From Chlorokybus atmophyticus (lineage: Eukaryota; Plantae; Mesostigma and Chlorokybus algae): a stretch of 55,769 nucleotides of DNA. Made by a program: the position numbers and the translations under genes. The stretch spans positions 221,299-277,067 of the forward strand of contig RHPI01001010.1 of the NCBI GenBank assembly GCA_009103225.1, read 5' to 3'. Below, piece by piece: positions 11,568 to 23,623 of the stretch. The first letter of the stretch is position 1. Each line of letters begins with the position of its first letter. Under the pieces are notes generated by a model. That model had not been told where the DNA came from. It did no database searches and worked only from the letters and a program-made list of their open reading frames with translations.

Positions 11568-13017
11568 CACTATAGAAGGTACTCTATGTTTACAAGGTGA
11601 GTCACAAGCATTGTTAGCTCCTCTAGGTCTGTTGTTTGTCAACCTTCCAGTTGCGCGGTGTGTTGTCCGTAGTAGACTACTGTTGCCCCCCTACACGCTG
11701 CGCTCGTCCCTTGTTTGTTAGTGCGCCTGATCGCGCAGTTGAAAACAATAGCCTGGTAGCAACCAACCAAAGCTTGCCACACTTTATAAAGTGTTAAGCT
11801 CTTGTTAGAACTTGGTGACATGCTACGCGCATCAAGTGCATGGCACGTTGTTAGTTAGTTCAAGTGTTGCTGGCCATAGCCTGGCAGCAACTTCTTTGCG
11901 CTCTGGCCATAGCCTGGCAGGGTAACCACGTGCCCCTTTTTTGTCCGTGCGCTGAACTGCGCAGTCGCTGGCCATAGCCTGGCAGCAACTCTTGCCATAC
12001 AATGGCAAGAGTTGCTGCCAGGCTATACAGTATATGGATGCCGTGTGTCCCTTTGCTTGTTGATGCGTAGATGCCGACCATAGCTATGGTCGTTAGTAAG
12101 TTATAGCTTATTAACAACGCTGTAGTGCACTATAGCGTGTGGTTGTAAGTTTGCGAGATATTGCCATGCGCATTGAGTGTACTACCCTTCGGTACTCTTA
12201 TCAACGCTGTCAGTGGCCATAGCCTAGCAGCAACTTCTTTGCAATCCAACCATAGCCTGGCAGAGCTTGTCACACATCTCCGCGCATCAATGCGCAATGT
12301 TGAGCATGCAATCATTTAAAGTGATCCCTTAGGTCCTATAGTTGGAAAGCGTATGTGCGCACTGCGCATGGTCACATGTGGTTACCACGCAATTGGTTTT
12401 GTGTAGCTATAATGGCCGCCATTGTTTCTTGTCAAATGCGGCATTTTAAGACACTGTGGCATGCGTCACGCGTCAGTGACTCGGCAGCTCTGCTTGTAGC
12501 CTACAGGCAGCTGAGCTTGCTACGGTTGCTCAACATTGCGCGTATGCATGTTGATTGTAACTCGCGCTTCAGCTAGCTTATATGGCCACGCAATTATGCG
12601 CTGAGCGGTTGTGTCTCTTGCTGTTGCGCAAGGTCACACGTACAAGATGTTTACCGCTGACGATTGTTGACATGGTAGCTTGCTGAGTTCCCATGTGCTT
12701 TGATATCCGCATTGGCCTTGCTGATACGATGCACGACAGCATTTGTGAAATGCCAATTGAACGCGACCGTACGAGTGCTGCACTCAGCAGCATCGTGATG
12801 GCTTACTCACTATGGTAGCTTATGTGTGACGATAATACATACAAGCTTTAAAAGTGTGTCACGTGATTGCTTTTAAGTCACAGTCACACGGTGATGAGTC
12901 TGCACCGCGACGCTTGCTAGAACATGATTATAATGCTTATGGACAAGCATGTGCAAGGTTGCATCTGATTTCACATGGCTTAACATCTGTGCGCTGACAT
13001 GTGCATAACGGTTGCAT
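11568..13017. mobile_element. CACTA-ended MITE pair, copy A (right end truncated by a rearrangement junction)
   Basis: Starts cactatagaagg. Internal end-to-end junction cgctgtagtg|cactatagcg at 12127/12128. ggccatagcctggcagcaact subterminal repeats. Confidence 0.65.
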
Positions 13018-13051
13018 TTGGAGTCCGGCGATTGCAGGTTGACATGTTCAT

Positions 13052-15033
13052 TGCCTCTTGTTTGCAAAATGGATTCGTGAGCAAATTCGCCGGTTTGTGG
13101 ACAATGCAAGACGGGGCCATCCATTAACGCCAAACGAAACGGTAGGCTTGACCCGTGAGCAGCGCAAGGAGAAGATGCGCGCTGCACGCGTTGAGAAGCG
13201 CGCTAACGCAGAGGAGCCAGCTCCACGCCGCTCGCGCACAGACCACGGGCTTGGCACAAATTTCACCGCTGCAGACTTTCCCTCCATCCAAAATGCTGTG
13301 CTGCTTGCCGTGTTGACTGCTGAGCCACTCTCACAAGCGCAGCTGCGTAAGGAATGGGTGGCTTTCAGGTACGCCAGTTATCCTCTTGCACAAGGCTTAG
13401 TTTGCACTCGCACTTGTAAGGAATTCACATGCGGCTGGTGCTGCAGACCCGCAGGAGATGCTGCAAGCACCAGCGGCAGCAGCAGCCGCAGGGTTGTGGC
13501 TGTTGGGCGTGGTCAAGTACTGGAGGCGCTTGAGCAAGAGACTTCTTGGCGCAGCTACAAAGTGAAGGTGCTGAAGTGGTACAACGCCAAGGGTATCGGT
13601 GATCAACGCGTCTACATGCCAGTACGTGACACGGATGGGTATGCTGGCCAGCTGTCCGGGGACGAGCACTTGTGCAGCAATATCTTGGTGAGTGTAGTAG
13701 ATCGTGTGCTGCGGCACAGCACACTGCAAGCGTAACTGCGCGGAAGACTATATGCGTGACATGCAGCAATGCGGCTGCTTGAGTGATGCAGGGACGCAGT
13801 TGTGCTTGGCCTGCATCCTTTGTAGCCCCGTCTGCAGTCTGCACTTGCTCAGACTGCTCTCCGGGCTGCATTGCAGAAGTCACCCCAAGATGCGTTCGCG
13901 CGCTCGTGGTTGACAAGCGCGTGCAGCCAGAAGACCAGCATGACATCAATCAGAGGGTAAGAACGTTGCTGTGGGTTGTAATGTGTGCAGCATGCTTGCA
14001 TGATGCACACTTGTAACAATTCTTGCTTGCAGATCAGTTGTTGCTCTGACCACCTCATGCACTTGGCTGGCATCTGCTGCAATACCTTGTGCGCCAATGT
14101 TCCCAACCGCGAGAGCTTGCTGGAGATGTACACTTCCTGGAGGGGGACATACGGGACGCGGATTGGGAGGCTGCCGAAGGAGGACCATCTGCTTGCAAAG
14201 TTCACTGACTCGCAGATCGGTCTCATGCTTATACATTTGCAGTCAACAAGCGCTGGCTGGTACAGGATGACTCCGGAGAAGCACGCTATGGCTGGCACTG
14301 GAATAGTCAAGCCAAGCGACAACCCGGTCCATAACAGAGTACCCAGCTGGAGACCTTCGCTCATCTTTTTTGCAGCAACCAGTCTAGCTTCCTGCTAAAA
14401 GTTTACCTTCTTGCTAGCAGTTTAGCTTGCTACCAACAGTTTAGCTTACTGGTAGCAGTTAGCTTCTTGCAAACAATTGGAGCCTATTTAGTAATAGTCA
14501 AGAGTACATAGTACAATGTAAACTCCAAATGAGGTTAAGATTTTCCTACCAGGAAAAATGTTTGCAATTTACCTGCATATGCCTGCTATCTTGTGCTGGT
14601 AGTTGTGGAACAGAGATGGCTGGGCCGCTATCGGCACGACTGCTACTGCGCCGAAGTCGGCACAGTCATTCCTGTGCCGCCAACGGCATAATTGCTGCTG
14701 CTGCTGTGCCGAAGACGGCAGAAGCACTGCTGTGCCGAAGTCGGCGGAAGTGCTATTGTGCCGAAAACGGCAGAAGCGCTGCTGTGCCGAAGATGGTAGG
14801 GTCGCAGCTGTGCCGAAGACGTTAGAAGTACTGCTGTGCCGAGGTCGACCCAATGCAGTTTGCGGCAGTAATCAGCTTGTGCCGGCTGACAGATGGTGGC
14901 TTACGATCCTCTGCCGGCACAAAGCGACTTGTGCCGTCTTTGGAGCAGAACTGCTCGCAGAACTCGAAGGCAGGTGCCACTGACGGCACAACTGGCTTGT
15001 GCCGAGAACGAATTCTGCTGCAGGCGTCGTGTG
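13052..15033 (+). mobile_element. CMC/EnSpm-like element copy B (3' part only)
   Basis: Near-identical to 9081-11563 without the solo LTR. Ends at the same right TIR (...ggcgtcgtgtg). Confidence 0.8.
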
Positions 15034-15037
15034 CAAG

Positions 15038-16471
15038 CACTATAGAAGGTACTCTATGTTTACAAGGTGAGTCACAAGCATTGTTAGCTCCTCTAGGTCT
15101 ATTGTTTGTCAACCTTCCAGTTGCGCGGTGTGTTGTCCGTAATAGCCTACTGTTGCCCCCCTACACGCTGCGCTCGTCCCTTGTTTGTTAGTGCGCCTGA
15201 TCGCGCAGTTGAAAACAATAGCCTGGCAGCAGCTAACCAAAGCTTGCCACACTTTATAAAGTGTTAAGCTCTTGTTAGAACTTGGTGACATGCTACGCGC
15301 ATCAAGTGCATGGCACCTTGTTAGTTAGTTCAAGTGTTGCTGGCCATAGCCTAGCAGCAACTTCTTTGCGCTCTGGCCATAGCCTGGCAGGGTAACCACG
15401 TGCCCCTTTTTTGTCCGTGCGCTGAACTGCGCAGTCGCTGGCCATAGCCTGGCAGCAACTCTTGCCATACAATGGCACAGTATATGGATGCCGTGTGTCC
15501 CTTTGCTTGTTGATGCGTAGCTGCCGACCATAGCTATGGTCGTTAGTAAGCTATAGCTTATTAACAACGCTGTAGTGCACTACAGCGTGTGGTTGTAAGT
15601 TTGCGAGATATTGCCATGCGCATTGAGTGTACTACTCTTCGATACTCTTATCAACGCTGTTAGTGGCCAAAGCCTGGCAGCAACTTCTTTGTAATCCAAC
15701 CATAGCCTGGCAAAGCTTGTCAAACATCTTCGCGCATCAATGCGCAATGTTGAGCATGCGATCATTTAAAGTGATCCCTTAGGTCCTATAGTTGGAAAGC
15801 GTATGTGCGCATTGCGCATGGTCACATGTGGTTACCACGCAATTGGTTTTGTGTAGCTATAATGGCCGCCATTGTTTCTTGTCAAATGCGGCATTTTAAG
15901 ACACTGTGGCATGCGTCACGCGTCAGTGACTCGGCAGCTCTGCTTGTAGCCTACAGGCAGCTGAGCTTGCTACGGTTGCTCAACATTGCGCGTATGCATG
16001 TTAATTGTAACTCGCGCTTCAACTAGCTTATATGGCCACGCAATTATGCGCTGAGCGGTTGTGTCTCTTGCTGTTGCGCAAGGTCACACGTACAAGATGT
16101 TTACCGCTGACGATTGTTGACATGGTAGCTTGCTGAGTTCCCATGTGCTTTGATATCCGCATTGGCCTTGCTGATACGATGCACGACAGCATTTGTGAAA
16201 TGCCAATTGAACGCGACCGTACGAGTGCTGCACTCAGCAGCATCGTGATGGCTTACTCAATATGGTAGCTTATGTGTGACGATGATACATACAAGCTTTA
16301 AAAGTGTGTCACGTGATTGCTTTTAAGTCACAGTCACACGGTGATGAGTCTGCACCGAGACGCTTGCTAGAACATGATTATAATGCTTATGGACAAGCAT
16401 GTGCAAGGTTGCATGTGATTTCACATGGCTTGACATCTGTGCTGACATGTGCATAACGGTTGCATGTAGTG
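15038..16471. mobile_element. CACTA-ended MITE pair, copy B (complete)
   Basis: cactatag...ctgtagtg|cactacag...atgtagtg with the junction at 15577/15578. AG dinucleotide on both outer flanks. Confidence 0.7.
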
Positions 16472-16479
16472 AGCTACTA

Positions 16480-19400
16480 CAGTCTACCCCCGCTATAAGA
16501 ATACAGTCTGTCATCGAGGTTTCTAGTCTTATGGCGGGGGTATTCCATTGCTCGTTATAAGACTGCTTAGTTTTACAACGCATATTGGCATAAATATGAT
16601 TATGTCGAAGGTATCGAGCAAATAACACTGCGTTTTACAAGATGAGCGATATAATAAAACACACACACACGTGCATGACACACCACATTGCATTCTATGT
16701 ACATACACATATGTATGCAATTGTACTTGCATGTGCATGCGGAGCATCACATACACACATGCGGACACTTGCACGCACGCACTCGCGCACACGCAGCCTT
16801 GCATGCATACACTTTGCGCACACGCACATATACATCATCATCATCAGTAACAACAACATCCAATCAATCTCTATTGAGTCTGCACCTGTTACACTTGTAG
16901 AAGCGTCTGCAACATCAACACCACGCGCGAAAAACTCAGACAACCGTGTCTGCACCGACGCACCGAAGATTTGATGATGCAACACCGCATTGCGAACATG
17001 GCGCAATCCTAATTGCATTTCTGCTGAAATCATACATTCACTACCCGCAATGAAAGCCTCTACTTTGCTAAGATGATCCAAGCATTGCATGACGGTCACT
17101 TGCGGGGGCGGTATGTCGTCATCCTCCTCCTCCTCATCTGCATCTGTGTTGCCATCATCCTCCACAGGTAGTGCTCCAATGGTGCGTAAGATGTCCTTGT
17201 CGCTGTCCCCTGCCTCCGTGGGTATATGATCATCTATTCCAGCAAACTCTTCAGCTGTAAGCGCGTCCGCAGCAGGGATGGGAAGGCGCTGCAGCATGAC
17301 GTCTATCTCGTTGAGAACTGTTGCCGCAAGGTTCGCTGCTTCAGAGCTGCCAGATGATGCCGCGAACCACTCAACTGGAGCAATGCCACTTTTGCGCCAG
17401 CAGTTCCGTACCGTGTCTTCGCTGATCTCATCCCATGCTTCACGACTCCACAGCACCGCATCGCGAATGTTTACTTTGACCTTTCTATAATCCGTGGTGT
17501 TGTCAAGTTTGAACTGCTGCAGCATATGCGCCACAAGCTTGCGCTTGTATCTGCGTGCAACACAACAACAACAACAACATCAGCTTGCATACTTCCACAC
17601 GCTCACTAAATAAGGCATGCACGTGCATGCAAACAGCAGTTAACTAGGCTACTAGGTACCTTTGTTTGAATGCTGCAATAATGCCCGCATCCAATGGTTG
17701 TACAACGGACGTGGTGTTGGCTGGCAAGAAGACACATAAGATGTGGCCAAGCTTCAAAGCCTTAAAGCTTCCTTCTTTTGTGCTTTCCGCATACGAGCAC
17801 GCATGAGTAGCAGAGTTGTCCATCAACAACAACACCTCCCTATCTTCCATCCTCATTGCCATCTCAAACTGATAGAGCCAGCGACTGAAGACCTGCCAAT
17901 ATGATTGCTTAGTCTTTGCAGCTGAGTATGCATCAAAGCATGACGCAACTTACTTGTGAAGTCATCCATGCAGTAGGATTGTTCTCATACTCCACCCCTA
18001 CAGCGATCGGGTGCCATGCCCTACCAAAACACTTAGGGCGCTTGGCGGTGCCTATCAGCAGCAAAGGGCGCTTCTCGGTGCCATCAGCATTTACACATAA
18101 AGCTAGAGTGACACGCGCCTTCTCTTTCTTAAAGCCCCGAACGTGCTCGCCTAGTGCAGCTAAGGTGCGATTGGGGCGAGCTCGAAAGAAGAGACCACTC
18201 TCGTCCATGTTGAACACGTTGCGACGCTGATAGCGGCGCAAGATCGCTGGCAGCTCCGTCCTTGCAAGCTCAATACCTTCCACATCCGCATCACCGGACT
18301 CGCCATGTGTAGTGACAGCCCCATACCCATGCCGATGTCTGAAGCGATGCAGCTAGCCAGCTGACGCACTAAACGACTCTGGCACTTTCAGTGCCGTTGC
18401 ATATTGCTTGGCCTTTTCAAGCAAAAGCGCATCAGTCATAACTAGAGTACGAGCTCTTGCTTGCGTAAACCACAATGACAAGGCTTTCTCCAACTCTGGA
18501 TATGCAGCTGAGCGCAGCTTCTTTGTGTTGGCCATTAAGTCCCCCCCAGCAGCAACAACCTCCAACACCTTCTCCTTCTGCTTGAGCAACTGAGACAATG
18601 CAGACTGCTTGATGTCCAAGTTGAGCTCTGACTGCACCTTCGCTATGAAGTCCGCTTGCTTGAGAGCTGGGTGAGCAGCATGTAGGTCTAGAATGCGCTT
18701 CTTGTCCTTCAAGGACTTGGCATCGCGCTTCATAGGCTCACCCACTGCCATGGTACTTGTGCACAGTACCTGCCACGATGGGATGCGTTGAGGCAGCTGG
18801 AGCCCAACATGTGTGTGCAGAATCTACATGCAATTGCTGGCAGCGTTGCACATGCTGCATGCACCAAGCAGTGTTTAAAGTCTGCAACTGATGACAGTGT
18901 TGTGCAATAAGCTGCACATGAGACAGCAGCCTTGAGACTGCTGGTAAAGCTCTTACCTCAGTGCACTTTTGTTCAGCTCGCGAGCAACAGGCCGCAGCTC
19001 TTAGAACTTCGTAGTGCGCAACTTGCAGAGCGATACGAAACAGTCAGTTGCATACAGTCACGGCCATAGCAGCTCTTGCAGCATGATGGCACAGGAAAGG
19101 TGTACAGCAAGCATTAGCATACAACAGATGAGTGCACGCAACATTACCGTAATGTTGCGTGCACTCATCTGCTAATTTAGTGACTAAGTTAGCATATAGC
19201 AGATTAGCATGACAGGACACAACAGTAGTAGCACACAGCAGGACGTTCTTGCCACACACTTGACTTTGTGGCAGCAAGATGCATGTTGCCGACAAGCAGG
19301 TGGCAGGAAGAGGGGCGGCTCGCCTGAGCCGCCCCTCTTCCTGCCTCCATCTGCAGAACCTTCAGCCGCCGCCGCCGCCGCGCTTGCACACGCACTTACT

Positions 19401-19787
19401 GTGCGTCAAACTACTGGCCGCTGACCCGCTTCTATGGCTTCCCCTCCAGCTGCTCCCCTTCACCACCTTCCCTTCGCCGCCGCCCTGCAGCTTGTAGCAC
19501 GACGCCGCCGCACTGCCTGTGAACAACGCCGCCGCGACCCGCGGACGAGCAGCGGATCAGCTAAGCCGTGGCTCAGCCTGTTCAGTGAGCAGGCTGAGCC
19601 ACGGCAGGTTCCCCCCGTTGTGGGCATATGCAACGCGGGAATTGGCATAAGTTATGGTATTCCCTATGCGGCTAAGACTATTCTTATGCCCGTAGCTAAA
19701 TAGCAGGGCGGGCATCGGTCACCGGAGATTGTAGTCTTATGGCGGGGTTATTCCATCGGCGAATATGATAATAGCGGGGGTAGATTG
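16480..19787 (-). mobile_element. pogo/Tigger (Tc1-mariner superfamily) DNA transposon, full length
   Basis: TIRs cagtctacccccgctat / atagcgggggtagattg (16/17). TA TSD at 16478-16479 and 19788-19789. Empty site gagctac-TA-gctcatgg at 28917-28918 in the sister duplicate. Confidence 0.95.
16695..18751 (-). pseudogene. pogo transposase (CENP-B HTH + DDE_1), inactivated by a nonsense codon
   Basis: YPELEKALSLWF...SASAG*LHRFR (TAG for W at 18353-18355), [36 protein letters not shown]. Introns 17893-17953 and 17551-17659 (GT-AG on the minus strand). Confidence 0.9.
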
Positions 19788-20651
19788 TAGCTCATGGTAG
19801 TACCATGTCGTGCCATTGCCGCTTAACTACAGCGCACGGGCTGCTCGCGGTCCGCCACTGCATACTGTATGCAGTGCGGTCCCGTTGATGATGCATAATT
19901 CTACAGGCGAAGTTGTGATGCACTTCGGACGTTGTCACTAAGGTATGCGACAAGCATATAGTTGCACTCTTTACGTGTTGTCAGGCGTGCACCACTGCCA
20001 ATGATGCACATTGTAGTATTGGTGAAGTGTTGCCAGTGCTCATGTCCTCAACACTCCGAGAGCATCGATTCGCATCTGATACGCTAGTGCGCAGCTGCAC
20101 ATAAGCGCACGCTTTCTTTGCCTTACGTAAGGCATGTTTGGTATACAAACAATGATGTCCTCAAGTTCATACTGCAAAAGATTTGAAGTAAATGACGAAC
20201 TTCAAGTGCTTTCGCTTGTTCGAGCTTATTATACTCATATGTACACTTATCATGTGTACACCGCACATGGCATGCGTACATGTGTATACACATTTAGCCT
20301 GCGAGGCTAAAGCAGGACTCGAATCTACACTATGGGTATCATGGCCAGTATCATGGCATCATACCGATACCCACGTATAGTGCGTTACGCTAGTAGTATA
20401 TAGTTAGTACATTATATATATTATATATGGTTGTACATTATACTAACCATGCGGTGTGCCATCGTATCTGAGTACATTGCGGTTACACAAGCATGATATA
20501 CTATGCTTATGCCAAACGTTGTTCGGCCTCCGCACGCAGTATGCTTGCCGATGCCATCCCAAGCACCATTGATGATAGATTGGGAGAGCTAAATACTAGC
20601 TAACACTATGTTCCTACCAATATGTATGATTTATGTTGGGTGGGTAGGGTA

Positions 20652-21663
20652 AAGTAGTCAATACATATACACAGAAAGACAAGTCAACGACTATTCTCTT
20701 ACCTATAGAGGAACAGATCTAACGCTAGCTAGTTGCTCTCGCAACTTGGACATTAGAGCAGACGTTTTTTATGTTTCAGCTTAAAACGTTACAAACAAGA
20801 AATGTGAGTATCCTCACATCTCATTAGTCTCATATACTAGCAAGTACTCGAGCGGGCAGCTGATTGGCTGGCCGCTCGTGTGTCCTCCGGCGACTGCAAG
20901 ATGATTTTATAACATGAATACAAAAAATGATAGTAAGCCGCTTATTAACTGCGGCCTTAGTAAAGCCGCAGCGCCTTCGCCGCTTACTTACTTAAGCGGC
21001 AACGCTGAGACGCAGTGTGTGACCGCTAGTAGAAGTAGTTGTTGTTGATGTGATAATGAGCGGCGGCGCCAAAGTTTTTTCTCCCCCCCACCCAACCCAT
21101 ACTATCGTTGATGACGTTGAGCCAGATGTACCACAGCTGCGCTGTGCTGCATTCGACGCGCCGCTCAACCATGCTCACATGTACATTGTGTACGCGTGAT
21201 ATTGTGTGTAGCTATCAACCTATAGTTTGATGGCAAATAGCTTGCAATGCGGTGGTCAACTTACGCCAAATGCCCTTGCCGCTGTGTTTGATCCCGTGAG
21301 TGCACGTGCCGTAGTCGTACGGCGTGATTGCATTCGTATCTTTGATGCATATGCTTTTGCGAATAGCCATTGTGGCGTGGCATGTGTCGTTGCCATCGGT
21401 CTCTCAGCCGCGTGCGCGCGCTTGCGTTTAGATTCTGCTGCAGCGAGTTGCGCCGTTGGTACATCCAAAGTAGTCAATACATATACACAGAACGACAAGT
21501 CATATACACAAGACGACTATGCTCCTACCTATATAGGAAAAAATCCAAGGCTAGCTAGTTGCTCTCCCAACTTAGACATTAAAGTAGACGTTTCAGATGT
21601 TTCAGCTAAAAACGTTACAAACAAGGAATGTGAGTATCCTCACATCTCATTAGTCTCATATAC
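20652..21663. repeat. ~190-bp dispersed direct repeat (20652-20837 and 21468-21663; again at ~29795 and ~30607)
   Basis: aagtagtcaatacatatacacaga...cacatctcattagtctcatatac occurs twice per duplicated unit. Confidence 0.85.
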
Positions 21664-21928
21664 AGCCAAATGGCTTTTTACAGTACTAGTGCGTACCGAG
21701 TTTTTCTTGACTACTACAGTGTACCTGTGAAAAACTCGCTAAGCGGATATTTACTAGCTTTAAGCAGAGCTGCTACGATTGCGACACAGCATGAATTATT
21801 TTAAATGCAGCGACCGAGTGGTGTTGTCGACCAGAACATGTTTCATGATATAACAATGGTCCTCCCCCGGGTCAGGGCCCCTGGCCCTTAGGGGGAGAAT
21901 GAATAGCCTTAGGCGAATGACAGCCTTG

Positions 21929-21967
21929 GGCTACTATTCTCCCCGTAGTACGGGGAGAATAGTAGCC
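21929..21967. repeat. Perfect palindrome, 19-bp arms with a 1-nt loop (sister copy at 31070-31108)
   Basis: ggctactattctccccgta-g-tacggggagaatagtagcc. Confidence 0.95.
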
Positions 21968-22893
21968 GAAGGCCGCGCAGCTTTACGGTATATAGCCTAT
22001 ACTGCACTATGGTTTAGCCGCACTAAGTGCCACAAACTATTCGACGAATGTTTACAATAGTAGAGATTCGATCGCCCGCTGGGTTTTATGCGGATTGAAG
22101 TGCGGACAGACAACACTAGCAGCAAGGTACCACACACTTTATCCTCTTAAACTTTCTCTTACGACCAAATGCAGTCAGTGAATGCTTCTGTAACACAAGT
22201 AATACTCGAGTAGTTTGTAGCAGTACGGTAGATGTACCAGGGAACAGGCATCTTTAAAACGTCAAAACATTACATGTCAAACGTCTTTTGGCTGTCGCCA
22301 GAGGCGACGAGACGCCGGGGGACTCACTTCACCTAGCAAGTGCCGATACTTGCTAGCAAAGGTATCGCGCAGCGGGCCGTGCCGCCGTATGGCTGGGGCC
22401 AAGCAGGCCAATATACGTGCATGCTGCGTACAACAGAATTACTTACCGGTAATGCATGCAACATGCACCAAGCAGGTCTATATAGAACTGTACATAGACC
22501 TGTTTGGTGCCTGTTGTATACATCAAGCATGTAATAGATCGTCTATACATGCTGCATACGACACGTATGCTTGATGCTGCATGTATGCAATCGCCTGAAG
22601 GCTTGAGTTAAGTTGATGCTCGAGTAGTAAACGGTATATAACGCCATCTTGATGCATTGGCGTCAAGATGCTGATGCTGCACCTAAATGGGCGCAAGCAG
22701 CGCGTGGGATGCTTCTAGAGGCACATCAGCATTGCTGATGCTGGGGTGACCCCAGTCTGTGTCGGCAATGCGTCGACTCAGCATCACTTAGACTTAAACA
22801 TGCTGCATCGCAGGATGCTGATACATAGAGGGACGCGTAACAGCGTGCATCCACTCTTTGCAACGCAGCATGTAGCGTCACACATCGCCTAGA

Positions 22894-22993
22894 GGACGCG
22901 TAACAGCGTGCATCCACTCCCTGCGACGCAGCATCTAGCGTCACAGATCTAGATGCTGCGTCGCAGGGAGTGGATGCACGCTGTTACGCGTCC
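22894..22993. repeat. Perfect 45-bp stem, 10-nt loop hairpin (degenerate sister copy at ~32035-32134)
   Basis: ggacgcgtaacagcgtgcatccactccctgcgacgcagcatctag (22894-22938) and its exact reverse complement (22949-22993). A direct copy of the arm lies at ~22830. Confidence 0.95.
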
Positions 22994-23352
22994 CTGATAG
23001 GATAATGAGAGACCGGCCGACAGAGAAATAATATTATTTCTCTTATGACGTTCCAAGGAGTGAGGATGCTGTCTGCAAATGCGCAAAGGAGTCTCTTGCG
23101 CGCTGTCAAAGCAGCGCGGCAAAAGGTAGGCAGGAATCAGCAGGCGAGGGTATCGAGGATGAAGGCGCGCTTGCGACGACATTTTTGTGCGTTGTTGGCA
23201 TGCGCAATGGCTAGGAAGGGGACGGGGTAGCAGGAGGAGAACACACAACGTACAAAGGCTGCACGGCAACACCGGTTTCAGTCGCAGTCGCAGCCATAAG
23301 TGACTGCAGCTTCAGCCCGCCTGTTCTCGCATACTTGCCCTCTTCCCACCTG

Positions 23353-23608
23353 ATGGCGTCCACGGGCTCCAAGCTCCTCTCCTGCGCAAGCCTGCTGCTG
23401 CTGCTCCTTGTGGCCACAGCGTTGCCTGCACAAGGTATGTGGCGACAAGAGTAAACGGCTTTCAGTGCGGATGTGTGCATCAGCATGCGTTTGCGCAGCG
23501 CTATTGTATACGAATGGCGCATGTAATACTAGGTGTGGTGATGTGCTTGCACGCCCCCTGCCCTCCCCGGCCCTCTCTTTTCCTCACACACACACACGCA
23601 CGGTCTCT
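23353..23608 (+). pseudogene. Orphan duplicate of exon 1 (signal peptide) of the lectin gene, truncated in intron 1
   Basis: MASTGSKLLSCASLLLLLLVATALPAQ|gtatgt (23353-23434) is paralogous to 32497-32578. Homology stops at 23608. Confidence 0.85.
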
Positions 23609-23623
23609 TGCTGTGCCTCTGCC

